Assembly (NCBI GenBank): GCA_019704295.1
Contig: AP024596.1
Coordinates: 192,001-256,000 of the forward strand
Reading direction: 5' to 3'
Length of the DNA stretch: 64,000 bases
Origin: Sulfolobales archaeon HS-7
Lineage (GTDB): Archaea; Thermoproteota; Thermoprotei_A; Sulfolobales; Sulfolobaceae
The position numbers and the translations under genes were made by a program. The notes beneath the pieces were generated by a model. It ran no database searches and was not told the origin of the DNA. It was given only the letters and a program-made list of their open reading frames with translations. Positions 1-10,782 of the stretch are shown piece after piece (position 1 is the stretch's first letter; each line of letters begins with the position of its first letter).

Positions 1-29
1 ATGCAATACTTTACCTCTTTGGATATCAT
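1..29 (-). CDS. Possible 5' end of a gene running off the window edge (MISKEVKYC...)
   Basis: ATG at 29-27 on the minus strand, open to position 1, divergent from 105..449; too short to assign. Confidence 0.25.
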
Positions 30-104
30 TTAATAGATAAGCTGAGGAGGGAAATCTCGGATTCGCCATTTCCAATAAATAACGTTATTAAACTGAGCAA
101 GCTT

Positions 105-449
105 ATGGATAAAGCGAATAGGGATATTGTTGAAAGGGAGATAGCTAACATTGAAAATCTAGCTCAAATAGCTCTGAAAAATGAGATTAGGGGTGAGGAG
201 TTCTCCCTTAATTACCTTTGGGCTATAGGTAACATGAGGGTCATCGATTACATTAGGAAAAAAGAACCCGAAAAAGAGGACGAGGAATGCGTGTTCGATG
301 AGAGGAACTTCTCAGCACACGCGGGAATAGTTAAGGAGCTAACAAAGGTCACCCTAAAGGACGGAAAAATCATGCTCAGTTACAGGGGAAATTGTAAGGA
401 CGTCGTTATTAATGAAATAAAGAGACTTGGAAGAGGGGAGAACGACTAA
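105..449 (+). CDS. Hypothetical protein
   Basis: 114-aa ORF, ATG ~20 nt after an AT-rich TATA-like box; no motif recognised. Confidence 0.6.
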   Translation: MDKANRDIVEREIANIENLAQIALKNEIRGEEFSLNYLWAIGNMRVIDYIRKKEPEKEDEECVFDERNFSAHAGIVKELTKVTLKDGKIMLSYRGNCKDVVINEIKRLGRGEND

Positions 450-556
450 GGGCGACTTCTAAAAAAAGAAATACAGTCGGATTTAGAGCTGAAGTTCGAG
501 TAGCCTACAACATGTTTTAGGGAATTTATATATAAAAGCACGTTAATTTAGTATCT

Positions 557-1489
557 ATGGTAATAGATGTAACTAGACTTTCTCATGTTGTCATACGCGT
601 GTCCTCCCTAGAGAAGGCAAAGGTCTTCTATGAGGATCTCCTAGGTTTTGCAGAGTCGGAAAAGGACGGGGATACGATGTATTTGAGGGGAATTGAGGAA
701 GTAACTCACCATAGCCTAGTCTTGAAAAAGGCTTCCTCTCCAGGTTTATCCTATCTGGGATTCAGGGTGGATAACTTAAGTAAGGCGGAAAAGGAAATAG
801 AGGAAATGGGACTCCCTAGAAGGACTCATAAGGAAAAAGGAGTTGAGGACGGCATACTTTTTCAAGATCCAGCTGGACTCCCGATCTTTTTATACCACGA
901 TATGGAGAGTGCTGAGGACGTAAGGCTTAAGTTTTACGCTCATAAGGGGGTTTCTCCAGTAAGGATAGCTCACGTAAACCTCGTCGTTGATGATTTACAA
1001 AGGGAAAGGGAATTCTTTGAGAAGAAGATGGGATTTATCACTACAGAGTACTTCGTAGACGATGCGAGTAATGAGGAGGTTATATGGTTGACAAAGAGAG
1101 GTTCCTCTCATGAAGTGGCAATGTCGAGAAGCAGAAGAAGTCCTGGATTCCATCACGAAACGTATTACGTCTACGATGTACATAGCATAATAAGGGCTGC
1201 GGACATTCTAGCGTCATACGAGATGTGGGATAGCATAGAGAGGGGACCGGGAAGACATGGTGTAACTCAGGGGCTCTACATTTACCTGAGAGATCAGGAC
1301 AAGAATAGGATCGAGTTCTTCACGGCGGATTATGAGGTACTTGATAGGGATAAATGGAAACCTATAAGGTGGGATGCCACGCAGAGGAGATACAGGTCCG
1401 ATTATTGGGGAAGAGCAATTCCGGAGAGTTGGTTAAAGGAGTGGATGCCCGTAGAGGACATTGTTACGGGTGAGCTTAAGGGGTGGTGA
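557..1489 (+). CDS. hpaD: 3,4-dihydroxyphenylacetate 2,3-dioxygenase (VOC extradiol dioxygenase)
   Basis: Two VOC domains; metal ligands in AHVNL, FHHETY, RIEFF; ERGPGRHG motif; adjacent to HpaB-type hydroxylase. Confidence 0.9.
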   Translation: MVIDVTRLSHVVIRVSSLEKAKVFYEDLLGFAESEKDGDTMYLRGIEEVTHHSLVLKKASSPGLSYLGFRVDNLSKAEKEIEEMGLPRRTHKEKGVEDGILFQDPAGLPIFLYHDMESAEDVRLKFYAHKGVSPVRIAHVNLVVDDLQREREFFEKKMGFITTEYFVDDASNEEVIWLTKRGSSHEVAMSRSRRSPGFHHETYYVYDVHSIIRAADILASYEMWDSIERGPGRHGVTQGLYIYLRDQDKNRIEFFTADYEVLDRDKWKPIRWDATQRRYRSDYWGRAIPESWLKEWMPVEDIVTGELKGW

Positions 1490-1490
1490 A

Positions 1491-2960
1491 ATGATCAGGA
1501 AAGGAGAGGATTACATAAAGTCGATAAGCGAACATCATGGTACAATATATTACGATGGTAAAGTGGTAGAGGATGTGGTTAGTCATCCCGCATTCAGAAT
1601 TCCGATAAGAACAGTGGCCGACTATTACGATCTCCACTGGAAGGAAGAGTCGTTAAGGGTTTACAATGGAGACGTAGGCGAGGAAACCAGCATATCCTTT
1701 ATGAGACCTAAAAATAGGGAAGAGCTGAGAAGATTGAGGGATGGACTGGTGAAGATCTACGATTTCTACCACGGTTTCTTCGGGAGAAGTCCAGACTACC
1801 TTAATCTGTGGAGTACTGTGTTCGCAGCCCACGCTGATGACTACTTTGGGAAAGCCTTCGGTCAAGATTACTCTGAAAGAGTGAGGAACATCTATAAGGA
1901 AGCTGCCCACAATGACCTATTTTACACTCACGCTATTGTAGCCCCAATGTACGATAGGTCAACTCCTCCTTCAAAATGGAAGGATGGTTACGTACAGGTT
2001 GGGGTGGTAAAGGAGGAAAAAGACGGCGTAATAGTAAGAGGTGCGTGCCTGTTATCAACTGCAGGCCCTTACGCTGAATACCTCTGGTATCTTCCCAATA
2101 TAAGAAGGGATACGGATCCTAAGTACGCAATATTCTTCAGTATTCCTACGTGGTCGAAAGGAGTGAAGTTCCTCACGAGGAGGGGTTTCTATCCCCGTGA
2201 AAATTACGGTCCTTTCGAGTATCCGATATCCTCAAGATTTGAGGAAAGCGACGCTATACTGATGTTCGATGACGTGTTCGTACCTTGGGATAGAATAATA
2301 TTTTATGGGAAAACTGACGAAATTGAAGGGTTCATGTGGAATAAAGTGAGGCTGAGGACCTGGTTTAACTGGCATTTCACCATACAGCACTATACCAGGA
2401 TTAAGTTTTACGCTGGATTAGCCATAGCTATGTCAGAAGCTGTAGGAATTAACAATTTCATAAATGTGCAGGAGAAGATAGGGGAGATTCTCATCTACCT
2501 CGCGATGAACGAGGCGGCGTTACTCGGGGCGGAGGAAGCAGGGGAACAGCTTGAGACGATCTATCGTCCTAATACTCAACTAGCTATCGCGGCGAGTCAC
2601 TTCAATATGAGAGTACTTCCCAGGATACATGAATTACTTAGATTGATACCTGGCGGTTCCAGTATACCGGTACCTGCGGGATTGAACGACTTCGAGAATC
2701 CGGAGGAAAGGAAATACATTGAGAAATACCTCGACAGCAAGGGGTTAAATCCATTAGAAAGAGTCAAACTGTTCAACATACTGTGGGACGTGATAGGTTC
2801 GGAATCTGGTCTAAGGTACGAACAGTACGACAGGTTCAGCAGGGGAGATCCCACTATACGCTGGGCACAGATATACACTGAAGTTTACAAGGATAAAAAG
2901 CATGAACTGGTTAAGATAGTAAGGGACATAATGGATCAAATGCCCGACCCGCGTGAGTGA
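1491..2960 (+). CDS. hpaB: 4-hydroxyphenylacetate 3-hydroxylase family flavin monooxygenase, oxygenase component
   Basis: [45 protein letters not shown] motifs; likely start is ATG 1491 after GGTGG rather than the ORF-track 1461. Confidence 0.88.
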   Translation: MIRKGEDYIKSISEHHGTIYYDGKVVEDVVSHPAFRIPIRTVADYYDLHWKEESLRVYNGDVGEETSISFMRPKNREELRRLRDGLVKIYDFYHGFFGRSPDYLNLWSTVFAAHADDYFGKAFGQDYSERVRNIYKEAAHNDLFYTHAIVAPMYDRSTPPSKWKDGYVQVGVVKEEKDGVIVRGACLLSTAGPYAEYLWYLPNIRRDTDPKYAIFFSIPTWSKGVKFLTRRGFYPRENYGPFEYPISSRFEESDAILMFDDVFVPWDRIIFYGKTDEIEGFMWNKVRLRTWFNWHFTIQHYTRIKFYAGLAIAMSEAVGINNFINVQEKIGEILIYLAMNEAALLGAEEAGEQLETIYRPNTQLAIAASHFNMRVLPRIHELLRLIPGGSSIPVPAGLNDFENPEERKYIEKYLDSKGLNPLERVKLFNILWDVIGSESGLRYEQYDRFSRGDPTIRWAQIYTEVYKDKKHELVKIVRDIMDQMPDPRE

Positions 2961-3688
2961 ATGTGCAGGCTGAGATCTCCGATCTGAGAATACCTCAACC
3001 CCCCTTCTACTACGGCGTTGATTACGTTGGAGTTCACGTCGAATTAGAGGGGGTTGATAAGTTCCTCCCTAGGGAGCTGAAGTCCACCGGCGAGGGATGG
3101 ATATACGTATCAGAGTTCGTCTCTGTATCGGGTGAGGATTGGGAAAAGATATGGACAGATCCATACTTCACCCAATACAGGGAGGCAGCAATTGCAGTGA
3201 AGGTAATGTTCCAGGGAAAAAACTACCTTTTTTTCCCCTTTATGTGGGTTGACAAGGATTGGGCACTTATTAGAGGATGGCTTAACGGCTACCCTAAGGA
3301 AATTGCCAGAATAGAGATGTCCAAATTTCACCCCCTGCTACCCAGGTATAGTAAACCTGAGGCGGGTGTAAAGTTAGGGGGGTACGTCATCAGGGGTAAG
3401 GACGCGTTGTTAAAGGTAGTAGTGGAGTTAACTGAGATCTCCAACACCCCTCCTCCCTCATCCTTCGGACCTACACTTACATATAGGTACTTCCCAGCAA
3501 TAGGAGACGGGAGTTCTGTTAGAGAGTTCGCTAAAGTAATCAAAAGTGAGGGGAAGACTGGAACGATATGGAAGGGGAGAGGAGGCGTTGAGTTAGGAGG
3601 TGCTCTAGGTGAGATAAAGGTAAAGAAGGTAATGGGAGGTTACTTTTACCCCTCCTTCTTTAAAATTGATGGGACGAAAAGGGAGTAA
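2957..3688 (+). CDS. Acetoacetate decarboxylase-like family protein
   Basis: [19 protein letters not shown] and GYPK (Schiff-base Lys position); overlaps the hpaB stop. Confidence 0.8.
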   Translation: MNVQAEISDLRIPQPPFYYGVDYVGVHVELEGVDKFLPRELKSTGEGWIYVSEFVSVSGEDWEKIWTDPYFTQYREAAIAVKVMFQGKNYLFFPFMWVDKDWALIRGWLNGYPKEIARIEMSKFHPLLPRYSKPEAGVKLGGYVIRGKDALLKVVVELTEISNTPPPSSFGPTLTYRYFPAIGDGSSVREFAKVIKSEGKTGTIWKGRGGVELGGALGEIKVKKVMGGYFYPSFFKIDGTKRE

Positions 3689-3690
3689 GA

Positions 3691-4515
3691 TTGAGATGGG
3701 CTAGAGTTAAGGTAAGAGATAAGGTACTAAAGGGCGAAGTAAGGAAGGGAGAAATCGTTACTGAAGAAGGGGAGTTCCCGTTGACTGAAGTTAAATTCTT
3801 ACCCCCCGTAGATCCTCCCTTTATACTCTGTACCCTAGCGAACACGCCGGAAATGTTGGGTTTCAAATCAAAGGAAGAGGGGAGGGAAGCCCTAGGTACT
3901 CCTAAATTCTTCGTAAAACTACCTAACACGGTGGTAGGTCATAACGATACAGTTGTGATCCCTAAGTCCGGTTTCAGGCCAGAAGTAGAGATAGGGGTCA
4001 TAATAGGTAAAAGTTTATGGAAGCCCACGAAGGAGCAGGTTAAGGAGGCAATACTTGGGTACACCGTCTTCAATGACGTAACAGCCCCTGCAGAATTCAA
4101 AAAAGAAAGTTATTATGCGATGAGGCGAGATCCTGCAGACGGAAAGGTTAAGCGGATGTTAATAAGGGGGAACCACTTCCGTAACAAGAACAGACCAACA
4201 TTTTCGCCTATGGGGCCAGTGGTAGTTTCCCCAGACGAGATTGACGTATTTAATCTCAGTATGAGAAGTTATGTGAATGGGAAAATAATTCAAAACGGAA
4301 GTTCCTCTAGCCTCATATTCTCAGTAGATGAAGTAATTTACGAATTATCTAAGATAATTGAGTTACCGCGTTATACGGTTATTACTACCGGTTCGGTGGG
4401 GTATAAAGCAGAGGAACAAAGCGAGTTTCTCCTTGAACCCGTAAATGGAGAAATGGTCGCGGAGGTAGAGGGGATCGGAATCCTAAGGAATGAAATAAGA
4501 GTAGAAGAACAATAG
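3691..4515 (+). CDS. Fumarylacetoacetate hydrolase family protein (HpaG/HpcE-like)
   Basis: FFVK, EVEIGVIIGK, GYTVFNDVT, PMGP, VITTGS, EVEGIGILRN motifs. Confidence 0.85.
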   Translation: MRWARVKVRDKVLKGEVRKGEIVTEEGEFPLTEVKFLPPVDPPFILCTLANTPEMLGFKSKEEGREALGTPKFFVKLPNTVVGHNDTVVIPKSGFRPEVEIGVIIGKSLWKPTKEQVKEAILGYTVFNDVTAPAEFKKESYYAMRRDPADGKVKRMLIRGNHFRNKNRPTFSPMGPVVVSPDEIDVFNLSMRSYVNGKIIQNGSSSSLIFSVDEVIYELSKIIELPRYTVITTGSVGYKAEEQSEFLLEPVNGEMVAEVEGIGILRNEIRVEEQ

Positions 4516-4551
4516 GAGTTTAACAGTAGTTTCCATAAGGGCGAAGTCCTT

Positions 4552-4622
4552 TGCCTATTCAGGGGTATTTTACGTATTGTAATTTATGATAAAGATGATG
4601 AAATACAGTGAATTGTTGGGGG
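4552..4622 (+). mobile_element. Left half of ~160-bp MITE (subtype A), copy M1
   Basis: ATTGTAATTTATG..AAATACAGTGAATTGTT matches the left half of the 4877-5037 element. Confidence 0.65.
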
Positions 4623-4626
4623 CAAG

Positions 4627-4784
4627 TGGTAATTTACGTCTTCTTTGCGAGTTGAGTTTATTTAGAAAAATGGAATAGACCCAACTGAATGACGTCGTAT
4701 GGATTAGGAAGGATTCGCTTAATAATTTCCTTTATTCAATTCCTATTTGCCACAATTACAATTAGCGTGGAAATGTAAATTCCC
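4627..4784 (-). mobile_element. ~160-bp MITE (subtype B), copy M2
   Basis: Reverse complement aligns end to end with 9122-9279 and 33204-33364. Confidence 0.75.
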
Positions 4785-4876
4785 TGGCGCATGTCCGACG
4801 AATAGTTGTTGCGGTGTTATTGATTAAGGTAGTACTGATCATATTTATCACAAATATTAAAGCAAACCGATATTGC

Positions 4877-5037
4877 GGGCCGTTCACGCGTTCATTGTGA
4901 ATTGTAATTTATAAGAAGATATGATAAAATACAGAAAATTGTTAAGTTTAAATCCCCCACAAGTCATGGCGGTATCAAATTAAATTTGTTGTAGTTGTTG
5001 AAATAAACTGAATTCGCGAAGGAGGCGTAAATCGCCC
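4877..5037 (+). mobile_element. 161-bp MITE (subtype A, SM4-like), copy M3, with 8-bp TSD
   Basis: ~27-bp imperfect TIRs (GGGCCGTTCACGC.../...GCGTAAATCGCCC); perfect flanking direct repeat GATATTGC at 4869-4876 and 5038-5045. Confidence 0.9.
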
Positions 5038-5106
5038 GATATTGCCGTGGTAACAGTTTCCGATAAACCGTGGAGTTTATGTTATTTTATAAAACTCTTA
5101 CACAGT

Positions 5107-5660
5107 ACTAAGACCTAAAGAGGGATGCCAACGCCTAGGAATCTCATAAAACACTTGGAGAATGCGTCAAGGCTACGTTAAACACGTAATAGTAGAGAAT
5201 GGCCAATTGAGATTCAAAGAAAAAGATGTAGAGAAACTAATGGACACTGTCAAGAAGAGGAAAACGACATATACGGCACAGTATAATTAAACACACGAAA
5301 GGACGAGTCAATAAACTAGGCAAAGTACCTCGGGAACAGGTCAAGGAATACGATCAAGTAATAACGGATATAGCTGGATTGAGTGTGAAAAGGATTTCAG
5401 ACTAGAAAATAACACTACACAGTGAGGTGTCAAAAATAGTTATTGCATACCCATGCAGAGTAATAAGATTCTGTTTAGGTACTTGAGGAAGTATGCAAAG
5501 CACGCAATTGCTACTCGCATCGAACAAGGAGGACAAGACACTAGAACGAGAGTTAGTAGAAGACCTAGCCGTCCTAATCTCATTTAGCGGTAAACTCTAC
5601 GGTATAAGGGGTTACAAGTACGAGAGGGTGAGGAAATGCGTTGAAGAGCTTATGGCTTAG
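5107..5660 (+). pseudogene. tnpA: IS607 TnpA serine recombinase pseudogene
   Basis: Fragments LRPKEGCQRLGIS*, LRFKEKDVEKLM, ELVEDL..LISFSGKLYG..VRKCVEELMA*; multiple stops and frameshifts. Confidence 0.8.
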
Positions 5661-6893
5661 GCGCTCCACACCAGAAGAGGAGTGCGTTTACTTAACGTAC
5701 TCCATCAACAATGAAAAGAGGGAGGAAAGCAAGATACTACTGGAGAACTACGGGAAATTGTTACAGAAGGCATTAGACTGGTTGTGGGAGAGGATTAGGG
5801 TAAGGAGGAGAGAGGTTAGGAAAGATAGGAAAGTCCTCACGAAGCTTAAGATTCAATTACCTAAGAAGAGGAAAGTGTACAACAAGCTTAAGGACGAACT
5901 GGAGAGGGTATACGCGTTAGCTTCCCATCATGGTGATAAGGCGATAAGTGATGCATTCTCTATCCTAAAGTCGAGGAAGAGGAGGGCTGAAAAGGGACAA
6001 GCGTCACCTAGAAAACCGAGACTCAAGAGGGTGTACGTTAGGGTAAAGTCAACGCTGAGGAGAGTAGAGGCTGTACGTTAGGGTAACAGTAAAACCCCAC
6101 AAGTACGTTACCTTCTCTTGGTCTCTCACCTGGTTCTCTCGACGGGTTAGGGGACTTGAGCTTGGTGAGCCTGTAATTAAGGACGATAAAGTGTACTTAC
6201 CGTTCCGCTAAAAGCTACCTTGGAGTTCTCCCCTTGATTTTCCTATCCGTTGACAGTAATTTATACACTCTCGATGCTTATGACGGTGATAAGTTTGTAA
6301 CGTTTTCTATGAAGGAGTTGTATAGTTTGAAGTACGGGATGCAGTTGAAGACGGGTAGGATAAGGTCTTTTGCTTCTAAGCACACGAAAAAGGGCAAGGA
6401 AATAATGAGGAAGTATTCTCACCGTGAGAGGAATCGTGTGTTGGATTACGTACACAAGTTTGTTAACAATTTGCTGGAGATGTATCCCACGACTTTGTTT
6501 GCTGTCGAGAAGTTAAATAAGCAATCAATGTTTGAGGACGCAAGTGATTCCCTCTCTAAGAAGATATCCCTAACGGTTTGGAGGACTGTACATCGGGTGT
6601 CGAGGTATAAGGCTCCTCTTTACGGCTCTTTCGTAAAAGAGGTGAACCCGTACCTCACCTCCAAGTCCTTCCCCGGATGGGTTTCCCGAAAGGTCGGTAG
6701 GACTTTTAGGTGTGGGAGGTGTGGGTTCATCCTGGACAGGCAGCTAAATGCGTCTCTAAATATCTACCTCAAGATGTGCGGGCTTCCCCACATCAGTGAT
6801 GTTCCGCGGATGTGGGTTGGAGTTACCCCGCTAAAGCGACGAAGAGGGATGAGCGGGGCATGCCCCGCGACTTTGGTGAAGTCCAAGGGCTGA
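5641..6893 (+). pseudogene. tnpB: TnpB (RuvC RNA-guided nuclease) pseudogene, split into 5641-6081 and 6234-6893
   Basis: SVDSN (RuvC-I), AVEKL (RuvC-II), CGRCG..DRQLNAS; frameshift near 6080, stop near 6210, first Zn-finger Cys pair lost. Confidence 0.85.
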
Positions 6894-7007
6894 GAATTGA
6901 TATGGAATGTCATGACATCCTATGAAGCCCGAACCCCCAAATACACTTGAATTGCGCGAAGTTCCTAAGTTAAGTTATTATATAGTCACAATTTTTATTC
7001 GTAATAT

Positions 7008-7583
7008 CTAAAATTTTAAGTTGTACTTACTCCTTATTAGATCTAATTTTTGGTAAGGATTCTCTACGTTAGGTATGATAACATTTTTCCCATTAACTGT
7101 AGTTACGGACCATGTACCTAGGGTGGAAGAGCTGTTAGGGTTTGTAAATTCGGAAGATACACTGATATTTGCCACTGTTATCCAGGGTATTAATAATTCG
7201 CCCGTTAAGCTGGAGACTCTCCGGGAAGTTACTACTTTTCTTGGTAGTAAACTATCTGCCATGAGAATAATTCCGCTTAATGTGGCCATCCCCCCAAGAA
7301 CGTCTGCGAGTATAAAGTACCAATACTCTCGTATTATCGATACACCTCCTGCTATCATTATTAACGATATTATTACCGTTTTTATCCTATTAATAACGCT
7401 GGTTTGCTCTTTAGATTGAAGACTTTCTGAGATATCTAGCTTATAAATACCATTTTTTCCTGCCGCATAGAATTTTTCTCCGGAAACTGTTCGACGAAGA
7501 GTTACCTCTCCCGTCTTTTCATCATAATCAAATGGAAAACGAGTGAGGATTACGATATCTCTTATTTTTAAATTATCCCTCAC
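7008..7583 (-). CDS. Membrane protein with two TM helices, possible bacterial PH-like domain
   Basis: 191 aa; hydrophobic stretches IISLIMIAGGVSII and FILADVLGGMATLSGIILMA; TATA-like TTTTAA upstream. Confidence 0.6.
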   Translation of the reverse strand: MRDNLKIRDIVILTRFPFDYDEKTGEVTLRRTVSGEKFYAAGKNGIYKLDISESLQSKEQTSVINRIKTVIISLIMIAGGVSIIREYWYFILADVLGGMATLSGIILMADSLLPRKVVTSRRVSSLTGELLIPWITVANISVSSEFTNPNSSSTLGTWSVTTVNGKNVIIPNVENPYQKLDLIRSKYNLKF

Positions 7584-7711
7584 GAGAATGTACTAAATTC
7601 ATCGGGTTAAAAGTATTTCTGTCGTAATGAGATAAGGAGTGATTCAGAGCTCTTTTGCAAATTGTAATTTATAGAAGGTACAATAAAGTTGAGTAAATCG
7701 GTAAGTTTAGA
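7515..7711. repeat. Left arm of perfect 197-bp inverted duplication (partner 9293-9489)
   Basis: Base-by-base reverse-complement identity; contains the first 23 codons and promoter of 7008..7583 plus half a MITE. Confidence 0.95.
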
Positions 7712-7719
7712 ACCCCTAC
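7637..7719 (+). mobile_element. Left half of MITE (subtype A), copy M4
   Basis: GTGATTCAG..AATTGTAATTTATAG..GTAAGTTTAGAACCCC aligns with the left half of M3/M11. Confidence 0.7.
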
Positions 7720-7728
7720 AGGAGAATT

Positions 7729-7888
7729 AGGCGATTCAGGTTTCCATTGCGAATCGTAATTATTGCAAATTGATATAAAATAAAGGAAATTGTTAAGTGC
7801 GAATCTCTACCTATTACGTCGATTGAATCAAAAAATCATTATGTTTTTCAAAGTAAACTAAATTCGAAAAGAAGACGTGTGTGGTCCT
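7729..7888 (+). mobile_element. ~160-bp MITE (subtype B), copy M5
   Basis: AGGCGATTCAGG...GAAGACGTGTGTGGTCCT; aligns with M6, M9, M10. Confidence 0.8.
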
Positions 7889-7986
7889 TCCCCAATAGAT
7901 GTAAGTTATGAGTATATTACTCCATTTCTGGTACTTGTTTTTGAACTTAATTCAAGATCATCTAAATAGGGGTTACGAGCCAAAAA

Positions 7987-9072
7987 TCAGATCTCGAACA
8001 CTATCCCAGGCAAGATCTCGTCTTGTTCTGGAACTGCGGTGAACATTTCAGCGTTTCCAGAGACATTGTAGTAGTGAGATGGAATGAAAATCATTCCGTT
8101 CCTCACGGAATTTTCAAGAAATTGCAGCTCTATGTAACTAAAGGTGGAATTATAAGGCCTCTCCCTAGGTACACTTAAGGGCGCAGGGGTTATGAACTCT
8201 GGAGTGTTAGCGCTTAGAGCAGTGACGTTGAGCACTACGAAATTAGGTTCCATTACCTCGTCCAACAGCTTGAGGTTACTCACGTAAGTTGGTTTCGCGT
8301 TGACGAACACCTTCCCAGTGTAGTTAATAAGGGTGAGGGAACCCCTTATCACAAGGCCGTTACTGAGGTCCTTAATACCTCCTATTATTGTGGCCGTCAT
8401 CAGGTATTGACTAGGTGAGGTGTAAGAGGGTTCGTAAGTTACCTTGATGAGGGTTCCGCTGATCTCGAATCCGTCGAGATACGTAGAAACGTTGGTTTGG
8501 TAATAGTACACTAGGGATTTCACGGGTACTCCGGAACTTGAGAGGTAAGCACTAATCGATAGTGAGATGTTATTGTAAGTTATGACAGGAATGCAGCCAC
8601 CCGGAAACGGTGGACAAGGGTAAATAAAGGACTTATTTACCTCCTCCAATTTCTCGAACCAGGTTCCATCATAAGAGAGGTTTAACTTAGTTATTGATAG
8701 ATTGCACGTCCTATTTTTGGTTAAAGGGTTTAGGTAGAAACCGAACGCATATGAGTTTGACGTCGTTGGAACCAAAGCCTGATATTTTAGCTCAATAGGT
8801 TCGGCGGGATAGAAAACTGCGCTCTTTGGCTCCACGGACAGGTTGAGGTATTTGTTAACGTCCTGAGGAGTTAGAGGTACGGACAAACCTACGGAATACT
8901 GTTTTGAGTACGAGATCTTCTTACAATAAGCAATTAATGTGAAACATCCATGCCAATTAACGAAAAACTTAGTGTTCACATGTTGCGTTCCATAGGGTAT
9001 GTAAACAACGTACATATATAATATTACAAAAACAAAAAGAGCTCCAATAACCCCCTTGGCAACTCTGTTCAT
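7987..9072 (-). CDS. Membrane-anchored or secreted hypothetical protein
   Basis: 361 aa; N-terminal TM/signal segment; Y/S/T/N-rich with several N-x-S/T sequons. Confidence 0.7.
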   Translation of the reverse strand: MNRVAKGVIGALFVFVILYMYVVYIPYGTQHVNTKFFVNWHGCFTLIAYCKKISYSKQYSVGLSVPLTPQDVNKYLNLSVEPKSAVFYPAEPIELKYQALVPTTSNSYAFGFYLNPLTKNRTCNLSITKLNLSYDGTWFEKLEEVNKSFIYPCPPFPGGCIPVITYNNISLSISAYLSSSGVPVKSLVYYYQTNVSTYLDGFEISGTLIKVTYEPSYTSPSQYLMTATIIGGIKDLSNGLVIRGSLTLINYTGKVFVNAKPTYVSNLKLLDEVMEPNFVVLNVTALSANTPEFITPAPLSVPRERPYNSTFSYIELQFLENSVRNGMIFIPSHYYNVSGNAEMFTAVPEQDEILPGIVFEI

Positions 9073-9121
9073 ATTGATTTTGTCTAAATGTCCATATAAA
9101 AACCTTCGGTCAAAAACTATG

Positions 9122-9279
9122 GGGGATTCAGACTTTCATTGCGAATTGAAATTATGACAAATAAAGATTAAATAAATGAAATTGTTAAGCGCGAATCCTT
9201 ACCTAGTCCATACAATGTCATTCAATTCATTTGATTTTTCTAAATAAACTGAATTCGCTATGAACAGGTAAACGTCCCC
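9122..9279 (+). mobile_element. ~160-bp MITE (subtype B), copy M6
   Basis: GGGGATTCAGACTTTCATTGCGAATT...AAACTGAATTCGCTATGAACAGGTAAACGTCCCC. Confidence 0.8.
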
Positions 9280-9292
9280 TATCATGTGAGGA

Positions 9293-9489
9293 TCTAAACT
9301 TACCGATTTACTCAACTTTATTGTACCTTCTATAAATTACAATTTGCAAAAGAGCTCTGAATCACTCCTTATCTCATTACGACAGAAATACTTTTAACCC
9401 GATGAATTTAGTACATTCTCGTGAGGGATAATTTAAAAATAAGAGATATCGTAATCCTCACTCGTTTTCCATTTGATTATGATGAAAAG
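9293..9489. repeat. Right arm of 197-bp inverted duplication; includes half-MITE M7 and most of a truncated 28-aa ORF (9421-9507)
   Basis: Exact reverse complement of 7515-7711. Confidence 0.95.
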
Positions 9490-9842
9490 GAGAGCGTTTT
9501 CATGTAATCATCTTACTCGATAAGATGTGGTGAAATTATTCCTTAATTAGAAATGCCTTCCTTAACGATAATTAATCTCGTTAACCAATTCGGTTAATGG
9601 GATATAGGGTTATAAGGTGGTTAAGTAGTGTCTTGCTGAACGTTGTTGGTACAGTGATTTTTTAGGTGCAGAATTCAATCTAGAGGCTTATTTTGGTGGA
9701 GTGTAGTATACTACATCCCTGTTTTACATATACATATCGATGAGACAACTGCATGAGAACAGTCCTTTGAAGTAATCCACAACTCATATCTTAACGGTAA
9801 TGCATGGCGAATACCGATCTCGAGTTCGGAAAAGGCCTATCA

Positions 9843-10211
9843 TCACTCCCTAACCCGTCCGTCCATGACCCTCTTAAGTCCCCTGACCCTCTCAAGCACC
9901 TTCCCTTTTCTCTCCTCGTAGACGTTTAGTCCGTCACAGAGTAGTTTTCCCTCATAAAAAGCGTCAATAACTATGGTGTTGAACTCCCTTATTCTCTGGT
10001 CCAGCTTATCCCTTTTGACAAAGTGTAGCTCTATGGCATCAGTGGGCGGAAGCTTAGGTAACTTGTTACCGATAACCAGGAGGTCATAATCGCTGTACAC
10101 CCCATGATCGCCCATGGCTCTCGATCCGAAGAGTATGACCGTGTAATTACGGCTACAAATGTAGGTAACATATTCCTCGAAATGTCTTTCCTCTTCCTTG
10201 CATAACTCCAT
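9843..10211 (-). CDS. Minimal nucleotidyltransferase (MNT) antitoxin
   Basis: ILFGSRA.GD...SDYDLLVI motif; likely start ATG 10211 overlapping the HEPN stop (TGATG). Confidence 0.85.
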   Translation of the reverse strand: MELCKEEERHFEEYVTYICSRNYTVILFGSRAMGDHGVYSDYDLLVIGNKLPKLPPTDAIELHFVKRDKLDQRIREFNTIVIDAFYEGKLLCDGLNVYEERKGKVLERVRGLKRVMDGRVRE

Positions 10212-10570
10212 CAGGTCAGGAGAGAGAGGATCTCCTCCATACATCTGACACACTTCTCAGCCTCACTCCTCTCTAAGTCGATTACCTCTTCCCCTGGATA
10301 TCTTGATCCTAAGTACATTAAAGATAAGTATTCAGCGCAATCGAAGACTCTTTCGCCAAGGGTTATGTTCTCGACTTTAGCCTTTTCTCTGAGAAGCCTC
10401 CTAATGGAAGGGATGTAGGTTACTGCGCCGGTATTCTGTATTAGTACTCCTTTCAACCTTAGCTCCACTGCCATCACCGCGCCAAAGTAGGCCTCTGCTT
10501 AGTATCCCTTCTCTAGTAGTAGATGTGAGACCTCCTTGTCCCTAGCGCTTTTCTCAAGCCACTTTGCCAT
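10211..10570 (-). pseudogene. HEPN domain toxin with a premature stop at codon 24
   Basis: MAKWLEKSARDKEVSHLLLEKGY*AEAYFGAVMAVELRLKG...YLGSRYP; TAA at 10501-10499; paired with MNT. Confidence 0.8.
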
Positions 10571-10782
10571 GACCTAGGATCGCCCCGGTGAGTTTAAAAC
10601 TTACTTAGTCCCTCAGGGATCCATTTTAATATTCAGAAGTCTGACTTAACGTAATTTTCTAAGGTTAAATTTTACGCTAATCTGTAAGTGAATTGTGTTG
10701 ACCCCTGTGAAATTGTAATGTTCAACAATGAAAGGAATTGTTTCTAAGAAGACAAATTAATTCTCCATCAAGATATTAGACA

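Larger units (their letters stand above)
5065..6938 (+). mobile_element. Degenerate IS607-family element (ISC1904-like); boundaries approximate
   Basis: tnpA serine-recombinase remnant overlapping a tnpB remnant, then a structured right end (..CCTATGAAGCCCGAACCCC); ~1.9 kb. Confidence 0.85.

Noticed and set aside
5641-6893. TnpB as an active nuclease or programmed-frameshift product
   Set aside because: It has a frameshift, an in-frame stop and a Zn-finger deletion, and tnpA is equally decayed
6939-6958. IS607 right-flank guide partly matching 44853-44872
   Set aside because: Only ~12 of 14 AT-rich bases match, which is within chance; no intact TnpB here
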